A stretch of 60,922 bases of DNA, the filler included, from Streblomastix strix (taxonomy: Eukaryota), in assembly GCA_008636045.1 (NCBI GenBank). It is 3 parts of 3 records of this genome, joined end to end, with 100 filler letters (N's around TTAATTAATTAA, not from the genome) between each part and the next. Parts side by side here need not be neighbours in the genome. Positions count along the whole stretch, not along the records: positions 1 to 20,253 come from SNRW01000445.1; positions 20,354 to 40,600 come from SNRW01000446.1; 1 more part is not named here. One strand, given 5' to 3'. Positions 12,913 to 25,000 of the stretch are shown here, piece by piece (positions within the stretch are counted from its first letter, which is position 1; every line of letters starts with the position of its first letter). The notes beneath the pieces are model-generated. The model worked only from the letters and a program-made list of their open reading frames with translations, was not told where the DNA came from and ran no database searches. Made by a program: the position numbers and the translations under genes.

Positions 12913-12987
12913 TTATTAAGAAATAAAAAAATAAATAATCATTATAGATAATAATATTAATTTTTTACTATTAATTTTATAATTTAT

Positions 12988-13107
12988 TCACATACATTGG
13001 CTTAAATAAACAACAATATGCGTTAGTTGTGGGGATTATGGTTCCAGTTATCACGGCAGAATTAGTGCTCTCCGATGCGGATATTTAACTAAAATTGTCT
13101 ATGTCAT
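12988..13107 (-). pseudogene. Tiny subterminal ORF (39 codons, internal TGA)
   Basis: MTQTILVKYPHRRALILP*QLEPQSPQLTHIVVYLSQCM*. Confidence 0.25.
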
Positions 13108-13109
13108 TT

Positions 13110-13217
13110 GATTATTGAATATGATTTATTTTTGCGTTGATGTTCGTAGTTATTTGGCGTGGACGAATGATGTCATTTTCATACGGAAAATCATGGCCTC
13201 CAAAATTTTTATACTCT
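13110..13217 (-). repeat. Putative terminal inverted repeat/end of the Polinton-like element
   Basis: GC-richer non-coding tract beginning AGAGTA (Polintons start with AG), with a small hairpin attttc-atacg-gaaaat. The partner end is not in the window. Confidence 0.5.
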
Positions 13218-13223
13218 ATCTCT

Positions 13224-14742
13224 GTTAGTAAAGGATGAAAATAAATAAAATCATAGTCATTTTCATCTTCATCATCATCATCTTCCCTTTCTTTTTCATC
13301 ATCATCTAAATTATATCAACTTCTTAATCTTAATTTATAGCATCCTTATCTACAATCATTTGAATAAGAAGGAATAACAAAAGAATTAATTAAAAATATA
13401 TTAATAAATAATAATGATAATTATTCTTTTAAAGTAAAATCATTAGAAATACTTGATGCGCTCTATCTTGAAGGAATAATATTGCTTGTTGAATAAAAAG
13501 AATAAATAATCACTAATCTCTGTGAATAATCAAAATCTGATGACAGTTAAATTTGAGAAAATGCATTAGAACTTCTTTATTATTTATCAATTAACTTAGG
13601 TTTGATTATATTTACATTTTACATTAAAATGAAAATAAGTTAATAATAAATTTTTATGTAATATATTTAGAATTTATTATTATTTTGTTTTAAAAAAATT
13701 ATATTTTTATTAATTCTGATAATGATGAAATGATTATTGCTGGAGACGGAATTATGACTGCTGTTAAATATGTTAAGTATAAGTTAATAAAATCTAATTT
13801 TAAATTTATTTAAAATGTTCAATTTTAATATAAATTATTTATTACTATAGGAAAGAATCAGAAGGAAAATTAATTAATTATTTAACACTCAAATACTAAC
13901 TTTCTATTCTTGAGCGCAATTTAATATTTGGCTCAGTTCAAACACAATAATTAATTAAAAATTCAATTTCAGTTGAAATAATTTAAAAAATAAAATATAA
14001 AGATAAAGAAATCAATTAATTTTTAATTTCATGCTAATTTTCAGAAACAATTAAATTACTTTTGAGAATTAGAAGAATTGTAGAAAGAAGAAATGAAAAT
14101 GAAATAGTTAAATTGATTAAATCTGGATTAATAAAAATATTTAACGAAATAATTGAACAAACATTACAAATTAATGAAGGAGAATATTTTTTGTTAATTA
14201 TTGGGGAAATAATTAAAATACTAATTGAAAATCATTCAGAAGTTAGTCGAAGTATTGTTGAGTAAACCGATTTTGTTGATAATTATCTTCATTCATTTAG
14301 TATTTGTTAATTAGATAAAATCAATGAAGAATTTCTTATATCATTACAAAATCTTTCTAAATATATTCCCAATGAGTAAAAGAAAAAACTATTTGAAAAA
14401 AAATCTATATAAATAATAATGAATAAATATGAATCAAAATATGAAAATTTGAGTTGTGACGCATTTAATATAATACTAAAAATCATTGAAGCTGAAGCTT
14501 ATGGATTAAATGAAGGATAATATCATCCGTATTTTTTATTATTATAATAAGATGGAACAATTATCAAATTAATTTAACTTCTCAAAAATAATATTAAATT
14601 TTATGTTAATATTGATAGAATATTTGTATATCTTTACAAAGCATAACCACTTCCAATAGAAATCAAATAAGAAATTGTTGAAAAACAAAAAAATTCGTCT
14701 AATATTAACATATATAGTCAAATTTCTGATGATGAACATCTG
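13224..14742 (+). pseudogene. Host helical-repeat (ARM/HEAT-like) protein, 5'-truncated; boundaries approximate
   Basis: Intron-containing L/I/E-rich helical coding sequence (VKSLEILDALYLEG, NEIVKLIKSGLIKIFNEII) starting at the element edge. Contains an internal TGA. Confidence 0.45.
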
Positions 14743-14989
14743 AACAAAACAAATATTTTTTTTCACGAATTTCCATGTTTAGCCCCACAGTTTCATTTGC
14801 GCAACTAACGTTCAAATTAAAGTTAATATTCATGTCAATACGAACATTTTGATATGAGGGTCGACTATGGTAAATGAAAAGTACCAGTCTTAGATCGCTA
14901 CCATAATTTGGTTTAATAAATCAAGGATTTTGTTTATTTAATGCTAATCAACATTTTCGAATCTTCTAATAGATTTCTGCCTAAATCAA

Positions 14990-16279
14990 ATCTATTTTTC
15001 GTTCAATGTGTTTTTTTGTTCTAAATATACATTTGGATTGAACTGAGGATATTTTCCTGATATTATCCAAATAAATAGCATATATATGTAGAAATGTAAA
15101 TAAACTAAAGAATTAAATAATATGTTCTACACACAACTGTTATTTCACTCGTAATTCTCCCAATCTCTGTAAGGTCAGGAAATGAGAATCTGAATTAATA
15201 TAAATCAAAAATAATAATAATAATAAAATAAAATAAAAATTCTTTAATTTTGCTTTTCCAAGAATTAAAAACTATAAACCCTATAGTAGAAATCAGTAAT
15301 TAATTCATCTACTAGATATTTAATTTCTATTTCTTAAATAACCTCTCAAAGAACTGACGCTTATCATCTTTATCAGGACTACTGAAAATTACTAATCTTT
15401 TGGCGTGCATTCTGATTTTTTCTGGAATACTTCTGATGTTTCTCGATGTCATGATATAAGTTGCATCTGGAGCTATAATACATTAAATTTATTCATTGCT
15501 CTTTTGAAATATTATAAAATCAATACCTTTATTACTTAATTACATATCTAGTTCATCAATAATCATATCACGTTCGGGATTATCCTCTTTGACTATTTCT
15601 TCAATGTCCTTGATAATCAGCAAACTTGGCTTTAATATATTAGCTTACTCAAAAAATGATGCAATTTTCCTAGAAAAATATAGTAAATAAAATATATTAT
15701 TAAAATCGTTAAAATTTTCTTACAAACTCAACACGGGTGCCACCTTCAACTTGTTCAATCATTTTCTGAGATATTATTACATATATAAGATGGCATTCTG
15801 TCGCAAATGCGTCTGCAATCATCTTTTTCCCACTTCTAGGGGGCTTTAATTTTATAAAAAAATAATATTTTGAGAAAAAAGTTATAAAAACAATAAAAAT
15901 ACTCCCCAAAACAAGAAACACCCGCATTCATGAGATTTAAGATTTTCTTACAACTCTGATTTAATACGATCGTGGCCTATGACGTCAATCCATTGAATTT
16001 TTCGTCTTTCTTAGCCTATAAGCACTTGTTTTGCTTGATTTTCATTTAATTATTCAGTTAATCTAATAATTTATTTCAAATTGTTTTCAAAAACTTCCTA
16101 AATATTTTAAAATATCGCTATTTTTAAAAGAAAAACAAAATTCATACCAGCGCCTATTTTTATTCTTTATTTATCAACTTCTGTAGCAATTCTTAGTCAG
16201 TCTCTTCAAGTCTAATCCTAGACCAAGGTATATAGAGATCAATTAGTGTCGGTTCATCCAGTTCATTTTGGGTATTCAT
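14990..16279 (-). CDS. Degenerate AAA+ ATPase (VPS4/katanin/spastin-like); 3' end approximate
   Basis: IQWIDVIGHDRIKSELQE, Walker A FWG|PPRSGKKMIADAFATEC split by an intron, Walker B KPSLLIIKDIEEIV. Confidence 0.6.
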
Positions 16280-16549
16280 TCCTTAAAGATCTTACCCATA
16301 ATTCAAAGATTTATACAACAAATTTTAATAAACAGCATTTATCTCATTGTTTAAGCAATAAAATGAAATAAAGCATAATTTTACATCTAATTATATTAAT
16401 GATTAAAATAAATTTAAAGCTATTTAATTTCATTTTTTAAAAGCCGATTTTACAATCAAAATTGCTTATTATTTAATTATTAAATAATAAAATATATTGT
16501 TTATTATATCATCTATATAATCTTACTATTTTATTATTATTTATTAGAG

Positions 16550-19030
16550 CAAACGAAGAATTAAATGGCAAATATAGACAAAGATTAACTATGAGTGTTG
16601 CACCAATAGCAGCAGGAATTATACTAGTATTCATTAGCATGTTTGGGGATAAATATAAAAGAAAGCATTTTTATATCGTAGAAAAGAAATATATTGTATG
16701 TTAATCGAAGAATTTACTAGTTTGATTTATTAAATAAAATGATTAATTAATATAGAACTTAAATATTTATTATAATTTGTTAACTTTGACTTTATTTCAT
16801 TAATTTTATTGATAATATACGTAGGATATCATCAATATATTATAATGTAATAATGCCATTTAGTATTGAGTGTTCAGCACATAATGGAGTTAAACCAAGA
16901 GATAAATTAATTGATGTTATTCAGATTTTTGAAACAGGTTCAAGTTATAGTTTGATAATTATATATATTTATTATTTAACTAATATAATTAATTAATTTA
17001 ATTATAATTATAATCATACAGGTGCAACTTTACCATTGTATATAGTAATTATTATCCTTAAAACATGGTAATCTATTCTTGAAATAAATGATAAATTCTT
17101 ACACTGCAGAGAGGAAGATTATTGTTGCATTTAATAAAATAATGAAATTTTAATGAAATTAAACATTGAAAATTAGAAATATTTTGGAAAAAAACTATGA
17201 AAGTGTGTAAAAATTATATAATATAATTGATAATAAAATTTATTTCATTTATTTATTTTTATTTCAGGTAACAAATTCAACAAATCAACATATCACTACT
17301 ATTAACAATATTTTAAAAATATTCATGATATAATTATTGATTGTAATATTATGATATGTTTACTGTAATATTAGATGAACAATAATAATCTTCTGAATCA
17401 ATTATTCACAAATGAATAAAATAATAAATTAATAGATTAGATAAATATGAACTTGAATAAGAAATAAAAAAATTATTCTTTTCTTAATAATAATAATTAG
17501 AATAAGATCAATTAATATAACCTTCATCAACATTATTAAATTCTTCATAAACAATTCTTTCATAATTAGCATAACAATCTGGTTTAAATTAATAATCACA
17601 TCTTTTAAATCATCATTTTGCTATTTTATCTTCAAAAGTAAAATAAATATCTTAATAATCAAAGAAATTATATTTATTATCTGAATATATTTTTGAAGAT
17701 ATAAAGAAAGATACTAAAGAATAATCATAAAATATTAAACAAAAGATTGATTAAAAACTTAGTCATTTAGTTTGGATTGGTCTATTTACATTTGTATTAG
17801 CTATACCAATACCATTTGATACATTATTGATATTGAATGCATAAAAATAATTATAAGAAGTGAAATTAAAAGATAAATAAAATATTAATAAGAATAAAAT
17901 TGAATAATAAACAAGTAATTAAACCAGAATTCCTAATTCAAAGAAATTAGAAAATTTTCATTTATTTAAATTTGATTCTCCAGTTATATACATTTCAAAC
18001 CTAACAATTATTCCACTTCATTCTTAATCTCAATAGTCATAATTACTATTTAATAGATGAGCTTCTTTTATTATCTAATTATAATAAGGATAATTATTTA
18101 GATTGCCATCCACTGTTCGTTCATAAGTTGATATTGAATAAAATATTTAAATTGAATAATTAAAAATTATAAATGAAAGAAAAAAAAAAAATTATTAGAA
18201 TGATTTATATTTAAAATTAGAATTAATAAAGGAATTATACATTGCATCAAATAAATAAATAAATCTCATATATACAAAGAAATAAATCAATAAATAATCA
18301 ACATCTCTTCTTCCAATTGAAATAATTATATCTTTATCATTTTCATCATTTACTTAATAATCTTAATAGTAGTAATCTTCCTAATAATAAATTAATAATT
18401 AATTAAATAGACCATTCAATGTCATTCTTTCATTAATACGTCTTCATAGAATAGCAATTTCAATAATTTGTGATATTTATCCTCAGTCATTTATTTAATA
18501 AATAAATAATTTCATAAACAATACATAAAATAAACCAGATAAATAAGAATAAGAAAACAATACGGAATAATAAGATGAAATAGATGATAAAGAAATATTG
18601 TAAATTTTTCTAGATTCTAATTTATCTTTTCTTCGGTGGAACAAATTAAAATAATAATTGGAGAAAATTCACTAAATTATAAGAATATTATTTATGTTAT
18701 TAAATGAATATGAGATTTCTTATATAATTGTTAATTATTTAATATATTAATAATCACTTCACAAACCTTTTGATTATTCATTATGTAATTGTTTAACATT
18801 AATTTACAAACTTTTAATATTAAGTAAATTTCATAATATTATATCAAAAAAGAAAAATCATTCTTTGTATAGTGAATTAATAAACAAAACTAGTGAAATT
18901 TAAGACATTTTGTGGAAATTTTTATTCATTTAATTTAATTAATTAATTGAAATTGTAATAGTGGTTTATTTCTATTTGGTGCATTAAATACGATTAGTTA
19001 TATATAATATTCTTTGAAATTATTATATGA
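16550..19030 (+). other. Probable degenerate multi-exon Q/N/I-rich coding region of unknown function
   Basis: Long TGA-poor frames and GT-AG introns; no recognisable domain. Confidence 0.25.
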
Positions 19031-19611
19031 TCATCTAAGTTATGTTTAAAATTGTTTATTAGGCAAGCTACAGCAGATGATATTGATTAGGAAGTGAAAA
19101 ACATGGTGATATTCTCCATATTCTAAATATTACTCTAAATAAATAATAAATATTAGCTTATAATGCTTTTGTAAAATTAACTCGTAAGTAAAATTATAGA
19201 TATATTTCACTTTTACCCCGAGTATCATCTATCAATTTTTCTGAAAAATAAATGCAATTTACTCACCATTGGTTTTGCTTATTTATCATTATATCACTGA
19301 ATTTCCTCATAAATAATTCTATATCTTAATTTTACCTAAATTTAATTGAATATTTTATTTAAAATAGATGAGATTAATATATTTAATTTAATTTTATCAT
19401 AATCAAGCTCTTTTTACTCAATTAATACTATAGTTTCTTTATTATACTTCAAAATATTCTGCAAACTACCCAATTTCCATTAAATTATTATTCATAATCT
19501 TAATCACTTTCTAAAATAATTTAATTTACTCCTCTTTGATAAAAAAAATTTCATGTTATATGTAATTTTAATATCTTTTTTTCTTTTAAAACAGTTTATT
19601 TCACTTATATA

Positions 19612-20253
19612 ATGCAAAGTTCTATTGGTGATGTTTCCAACCATAAGGGAGGTAAAAAAGCTCCTCAAACTATGCTTCCAGCTGGAGATCTGGGACCTTA
19701 ACACCATTTTTATGCATCTGTAGCTTCACCACTTTTATCTTATATAGCTCCAGATACAGAATAAGGGATAGAATACAGAAACATACGAAGAATAGTAACT
19801 GAATAAAAACCTAAATTCTCATTCAGGAATTAAGGTATTCCCAAGTAGTCTCCTTTTGCTTCGAGATCTGCTCCCCCATAATTCACATCACCTGTTGTGT
19901 ACCGTCAGATGAATAATACTATAGACTAATCAAATACAATTGCAGATGTGAGTGTTCCAAATGTTTTAATGAGAACTGTGAAGGAATAATAAGAAGACGA
20001 AGATTTTGCATAGGTTTTAGTTGAAGTCAACAACACATTGATTGGAAAGAAGAGAAAAAAGAAGAAAAAGAAAAAGAAAGCTCTTAAAATAGCAAAGCCT
20101 AAGAGTAAAGATAAGAAATGAAGAAGAATATGAAAGCAGTATATCTTTAAACTTGCCACTTCATCTGTTGAAAACGAACTATCCGAAGCAACAAATTCTT
20201 TTGCTGCCTTGTATCGAAGATCTGGTTTACCATCATTTCGAAGTGGAATATTT
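19612..20253 (+). CDS. Hypothetical protein, truncated at the contig end
   Basis: MQSSIGDVSNHKGGKKAPQTMLPAGDLGPQHHF..., followed by a K-rich NLS-like stretch. Confidence 0.4.
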
Positions 20254-20353
20254 NNNNNNNNNNNNNNNNNNNNNNNNNNNNNNNNNNNNNNNNNNNNTTA
20301 ATTAATTAANNNNNNNNNNNNNNNNNNNNNNNNNNNNNNNNNNNNNNNNNNNN
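20254..20353. other. Artificial contig linker
   Basis: N44-TTAATTAATTAA-N44, identical to 40601-40700. Confidence 0.97.
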
Positions 20354-20459
20354 ATTGTCCGCTGAGTAGATTCAGATGACAATGGATGAGTTTAATGTGG
20401 GCATATAACTGGCAGATGAGTAGAATTTGTGATGTACATTTTTTTCCTTTTCTTAGTTT
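20354..20459 (+). repeat. 106-bp inverted copy of 22055-22160 (Yak1 3' end)
   Basis: Reverse-complement match with one mismatch. Confidence 0.95.
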
Positions 20460-20471
20460 GATTCAATTAAA

Positions 20472-20697
20472 GGTGTTGAGAAAGATGTTCCATATTGGAT
20501 CTGCTAGAATGTTTGGGGAACAGGTTGGGGTGAAAAGGCATGCGATTGATTTTAATTAAATATATTCAATCTAATTTATTATTTATTATGATACTTTATT
20601 TAATAATCATTTTCAGGGATATTTCCGTATTCTCCGTGGCTCCAATCACTGTTCTTGCGAGACTGAGATTACATACGGGGTTCCAGCATGCCAATGA
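20472..20697 (+). CDS. Cathepsin B-like papain (C1A) protease, C-terminal fragment
   Basis: GVEKDVPYWICQNVWGTGWGEK|GYFRILRGSNHCSCETEITYGVP; intron 20538-20616. Confidence 0.85.
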
Positions 20698-21397
20698 AGC
20701 GAATGAGAAGAAATGGGGGTTGAATATTTAGCAAATACGACCAACTATTTAGAAAATGAAGTAAAAATGATTCTTAGTTAGAGTTGCATGACTGCAATGG
20801 TCCATTTACTTAGTATGTTTATATATATGGACTAATAAAGCAGTATCTTGCAAAATTAATTGGTTTATAACAGTTATATTTGTTCATTGAGCGAGAAATT
20901 TAGACAGTAACAAAATAATTTCCATTGTTTTTCAGTCAATAGGCATTATCGCATCGCGTTATAACAAAAAATATTGCCTCTTATATGCAATTTTATGTTG
21001 AAAATTTAGTTTTTTATACAAAATAAGCAGATTAGAAATTACATGAAAAAATGTAAATTATTATGTATTTTAAAAATATAAATTAAATTTTTAAATTAAT
21101 TACTCAATAAATTATCATTATCAATCAATTTTGCAAACTAACTTTATTATTTAAACTAAAATATATTGAAAAAAACTAGATGAAAAAAAATCAAACTATA
21201 ATTCGTAATTTATTCTATAAAAAATCATTATATTTCGCCTTTGAATATATTTATTTTATATTTATTATTATATTTCATATTTATGATAACCGTTTGAATG
21301 TAATATGTTTTCTTCGTGAAACTTAATTTTCCAATTTTTATTTATTTGACATTTTGCTGATTTTTCTTTAATAGAAGTTTTATTATACATTTTATTT

Positions 21398-21696
21398 ATG
21401 GAAGACAAACAAAATGATGATTTGTTTGGTTGTAAGCATGGATATTTTGTTGATGTAGACTCACCTATTATAGAGAACATTCAACCAAAACACATTTTTT
21501 AAGAAACAAAGCGAAGTAATAAGATTTAAACCCTTAAACATTCTCCATTGGATGACACTTTACACGCAATAGAGAGATATCTTGAATAAAATGTTTGCTG
21601 ATTTAATTGTATATCGTCAACTTATTTCCTATATCAAATTTTTTTTAGGCTCGTGGTGCGATCACAAATAAACGACCCTCAATTCACAATTAATGA
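21398..21696 (+). CDS. Hypothetical ~80-aa protein, one intron
   Basis: MEDKQNDDLFGCKHGYFVDVDSPII...YLEQN|ARGAITNKRPSIHNQ*. Confidence 0.4.
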
Positions 21697-22081
21697 TAAT
21701 TAGCTGTTAGTATATTAATAATAAATAAATATCTATATTTTTTATGTTTGATTGTTTTATTTATTTATATGTTAAAGTGAAATGTTAGATAAATAATTAA
21801 GAAAATAAGATAAAATATATTTACAATATTTAGTGATAAATAATTAAAACAAATATTAAAATAAAAACGTTTAAAATATTTCCCTATTATATAAAATTAA
21901 GATTTAAACAATACGTCATTCAAATCTATATTAAATACGAGTTAGATTTCTAAAATAAATAGTTTAACGCAAGTTGCTTTATGAGAAAATTTAAAATTTA
22001 AAAAATAAATAATGAATTATAACAATATAAAATTTCCAGATAAATAATTTAACAAAACTAAGAAAAGGAAAAAAATGTACA

Positions 22082-25000
22082 TCACAAATTCTACTCATCT
22101 GCCAGTTATATGCCCACATTAAACTCATCCATTGTCATCTGAATCTAATCAGCGGACAATAAGATCTCGAAATTTTGAGAGTTTGAATCATTTTGAGAAT
22201 TAGATGATTATTATTATTATAATTACTGTATTTTTTGTTTTTATGAGTGAAAAGACGATTATAGACTAATGGAAGGTGTTGTAAACTGAGATTATGAAGG
22301 CACATTCTGTTAACTTATTTATTAATCTGATTATTCTCGAATTTTAGGAATTATTTACTGGTTTGATAGTTGGCTAATCTATATTAGTGAAGTTAATACT
22401 GGCTGCTGTGAAAAATCTTACAACTCCAGAATTTGCTGCAACTGCGAACTTGAATTTGTGTGCGATTGCGATCGTGAAGGTGCGTCATATTCAGAACTGT
22501 TTTTAGAGTTAGAAGCAGAAGTAGAAGTAGAAGTAGAAGAAGACAGTAAAATATCGAGGATCTGAGTTGAATTAAGACTCAGGCTGTCATTTTACGCGAT
22601 GAGCTTTGTGCGTGTTGACAATCTTTTGGCTTTTCTCTGAACACGCACTGAGCTTTATCCGTCTTTATCTTTGTGCGATTATTAGTTACTGTTTAATTCG
22701 CTTTACTCATTATTTTTGAATTCGGCTGATTCTGAGTTATTTTCAAGCAATTACTGGTTAGTAATTTTACCAATCTAGTTGAAAATCTAGTTAATATTCT
22801 TCAGATCTAGCAAATCTTTTATTACTGGTGAGCTTGTTGCATTATTCAATGCTGATTATTCTTATTGTTATTGTTGTAGAGGTGAGTGCTAGAGTAATTG
22901 GTTAGATTAACTCAAATTTGAATAATTAGATTAACTCATATTAAGTGATTCTGGAGATTGAAGTTAAGTTTGTGTCTGTTAAAGTTGTCCGCTTGAGTGC
23001 GAATCAGAAAGATTATCCAAACCAAGTTAAAAATTAGTGAAATTAAATCCAATTAGGTTATTTAAAGTAGAAAGACTATTACCGTCCAAGCTGTTTAATT
23101 TGGATGAACTTCTTCCGCTTTAATTGTTCAAATTGTTCAAATTTATTGGGTTAACACCATTAGAGATGTTCAGAATTGATGCACTGCCCACGCTCTGCAA
23201 TAACAGTTACGATTGTTGTTGCAGTTACTATAAATATAATTATTCAGGTGAAAGTGTTATTATAGGAGATTCGGATAACTGTAGCTGTTTATTTTACGAC
23301 GATGGTAATTGCTGAAATTGCAGTTGTTGGTTCTGAAATGACGACGAGAATGAAAATTGTTGGGAAATTTCAGAATTATTCCGAAATTTGGGTGTATTTA
23401 ATTACAGTTATGCAGAGGAGGATTGAGTGCTTTATTGCAGCGAACTTTGGGTGATTGGAGTTTATGTATTTGACGTATTAGTATTAATATTACTGCTGAT
23501 ATTATTGTTATTATTACTATTACTGTTTTTTCTGTATTAATTATTGTAATCTTTTTCATTCGGATTCAAATTTTCTTATGAATTATCTTATATTTATTAT
23601 TGTTATGCTGTTTATTTGTCATTATTTAAATCATTTAATGTCAATTTTTCATCAGAATTCAAAATTTTTTGTTGTTCATCAGGAGGAGAGACAAATAATA
23701 AATCTTATTATGTAAGTTTTTCTAATTGTTATGGAAAATCCTATTAAACTTGTTATAATAATAAATTTTGATCCTATTTTATGTCATCATTATTATTTAT
23801 TTATTCCGATTATACTTTTTATTCCTAAATTTTCTATTAATTCTAAAATTAATTCAGTAAATTTTCTTACTCGTGTTATTGTTGTTACTGCAATTATTTT
23901 AAAGATTTTACAGTTCGTGAAGTTCGTACAACCCTCGACTTTGTTGTTTCTTGGCGACGAATTGCAGATTGTTATGATGAAGAAGATTTCTGCTATTAAA
24001 TTCTTTATGAAGAAGGTTATTATGAGTTTTATTACTGAATTTGCTAATTGGATGATTGATCTTGTAAATATTAGCTGGATAATTAAACATTTCTTTGTGT
24101 TGGTGGTTAGGAGTTGGATAATTATTACTGATTTTACTAATCAGATGATTATTACTGAATATATTAGTTAGAAGATTATTAATATTATTGAATTTATTGG
24201 TTAGATAATTATATATTTCTTTATGATTGCTACTAAGAGGTTTATTATAGAATTTATTAATTCGATTATTGTTATTGAATTAATTAGTTAGATTATTATT
24301 ATTGTATTTACTGCTAATCATCTTAAAAAGGAACTAGACTCGGAACAGATGATATTTTCTTCCTTGATGAACCGATTGGCGATTTTACACTTGGTTATTT
24401 CTGAATGATTTGTTGAGAAAGAGAAGGTTATTGTATTTTTAATTACGGTGATTATTATAATTATAATTACTATTATTATTAAGATGAAGTGGAAAAAAGT
24501 GAGCTTTATTATTGGATCTGCTAATTCTATTAATATATAGTTTATGATGATTAAGTTTGTTATTCTTCTTTTGGAGTTTAATGTGTGAGTTATTATTATT
24601 ATTGTTATTAATCGTTATGTGACGACGATAATGATAATGAAGGTTATTATTATACTGACGATTGCAATGAAAACAAAGGTTTCTAATATTCTTCTTCCTC
24701 CACTACTACTATTTTCTCTGGTAAGAACAAAGGGTACGTTTTGTATGACTCATATCGATTTAACTGATTTGAAGGTTCTAAGTATTATGATTGAGATACA
24801 GTCGATAGTTGCTGTTATATACTAACGTTTTTATTAATCTATTCGTTGCTGGAATTATTGACATGTGATAAATATTAATTCGATCTCTAACTATTTTAAT
24901 TGTTATTTTCATTGTTATTTGTTGAGCTTTTGATATTTTCATTGTTTTATATTTTTTCAATGTCCATTAATTTGATTTTTTAATCCTCTAAGCCTGGAAA

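Larger units (their letters stand above)
1..13217 (-). mobile_element. Endogenous Polinton/Maverick-like virus, truncated on the left by the contig start
   Basis: Compact, intronless, co-oriented array with pPolB, rve integrase, HNH nuclease and fibre-like genes. Putative terminus 5'-AGAGTATAAAAATTTTGGAGGCC on the minus strand at 13217, followed immediately by host-type sequence. Confidence 0.9.

Noticed and set aside
1..13217. TGA reassigned as a sense codon in the element
   Set aside because: TGA ends every viral ORF, Trp is encoded by TGG, and frameshifts co-occur, so mutational decay is the simpler explanation.
20298..20309. TTAATTAATTAA palindrome within N runs
   Set aside because: Artificial spacer, identical at 40645-40656.
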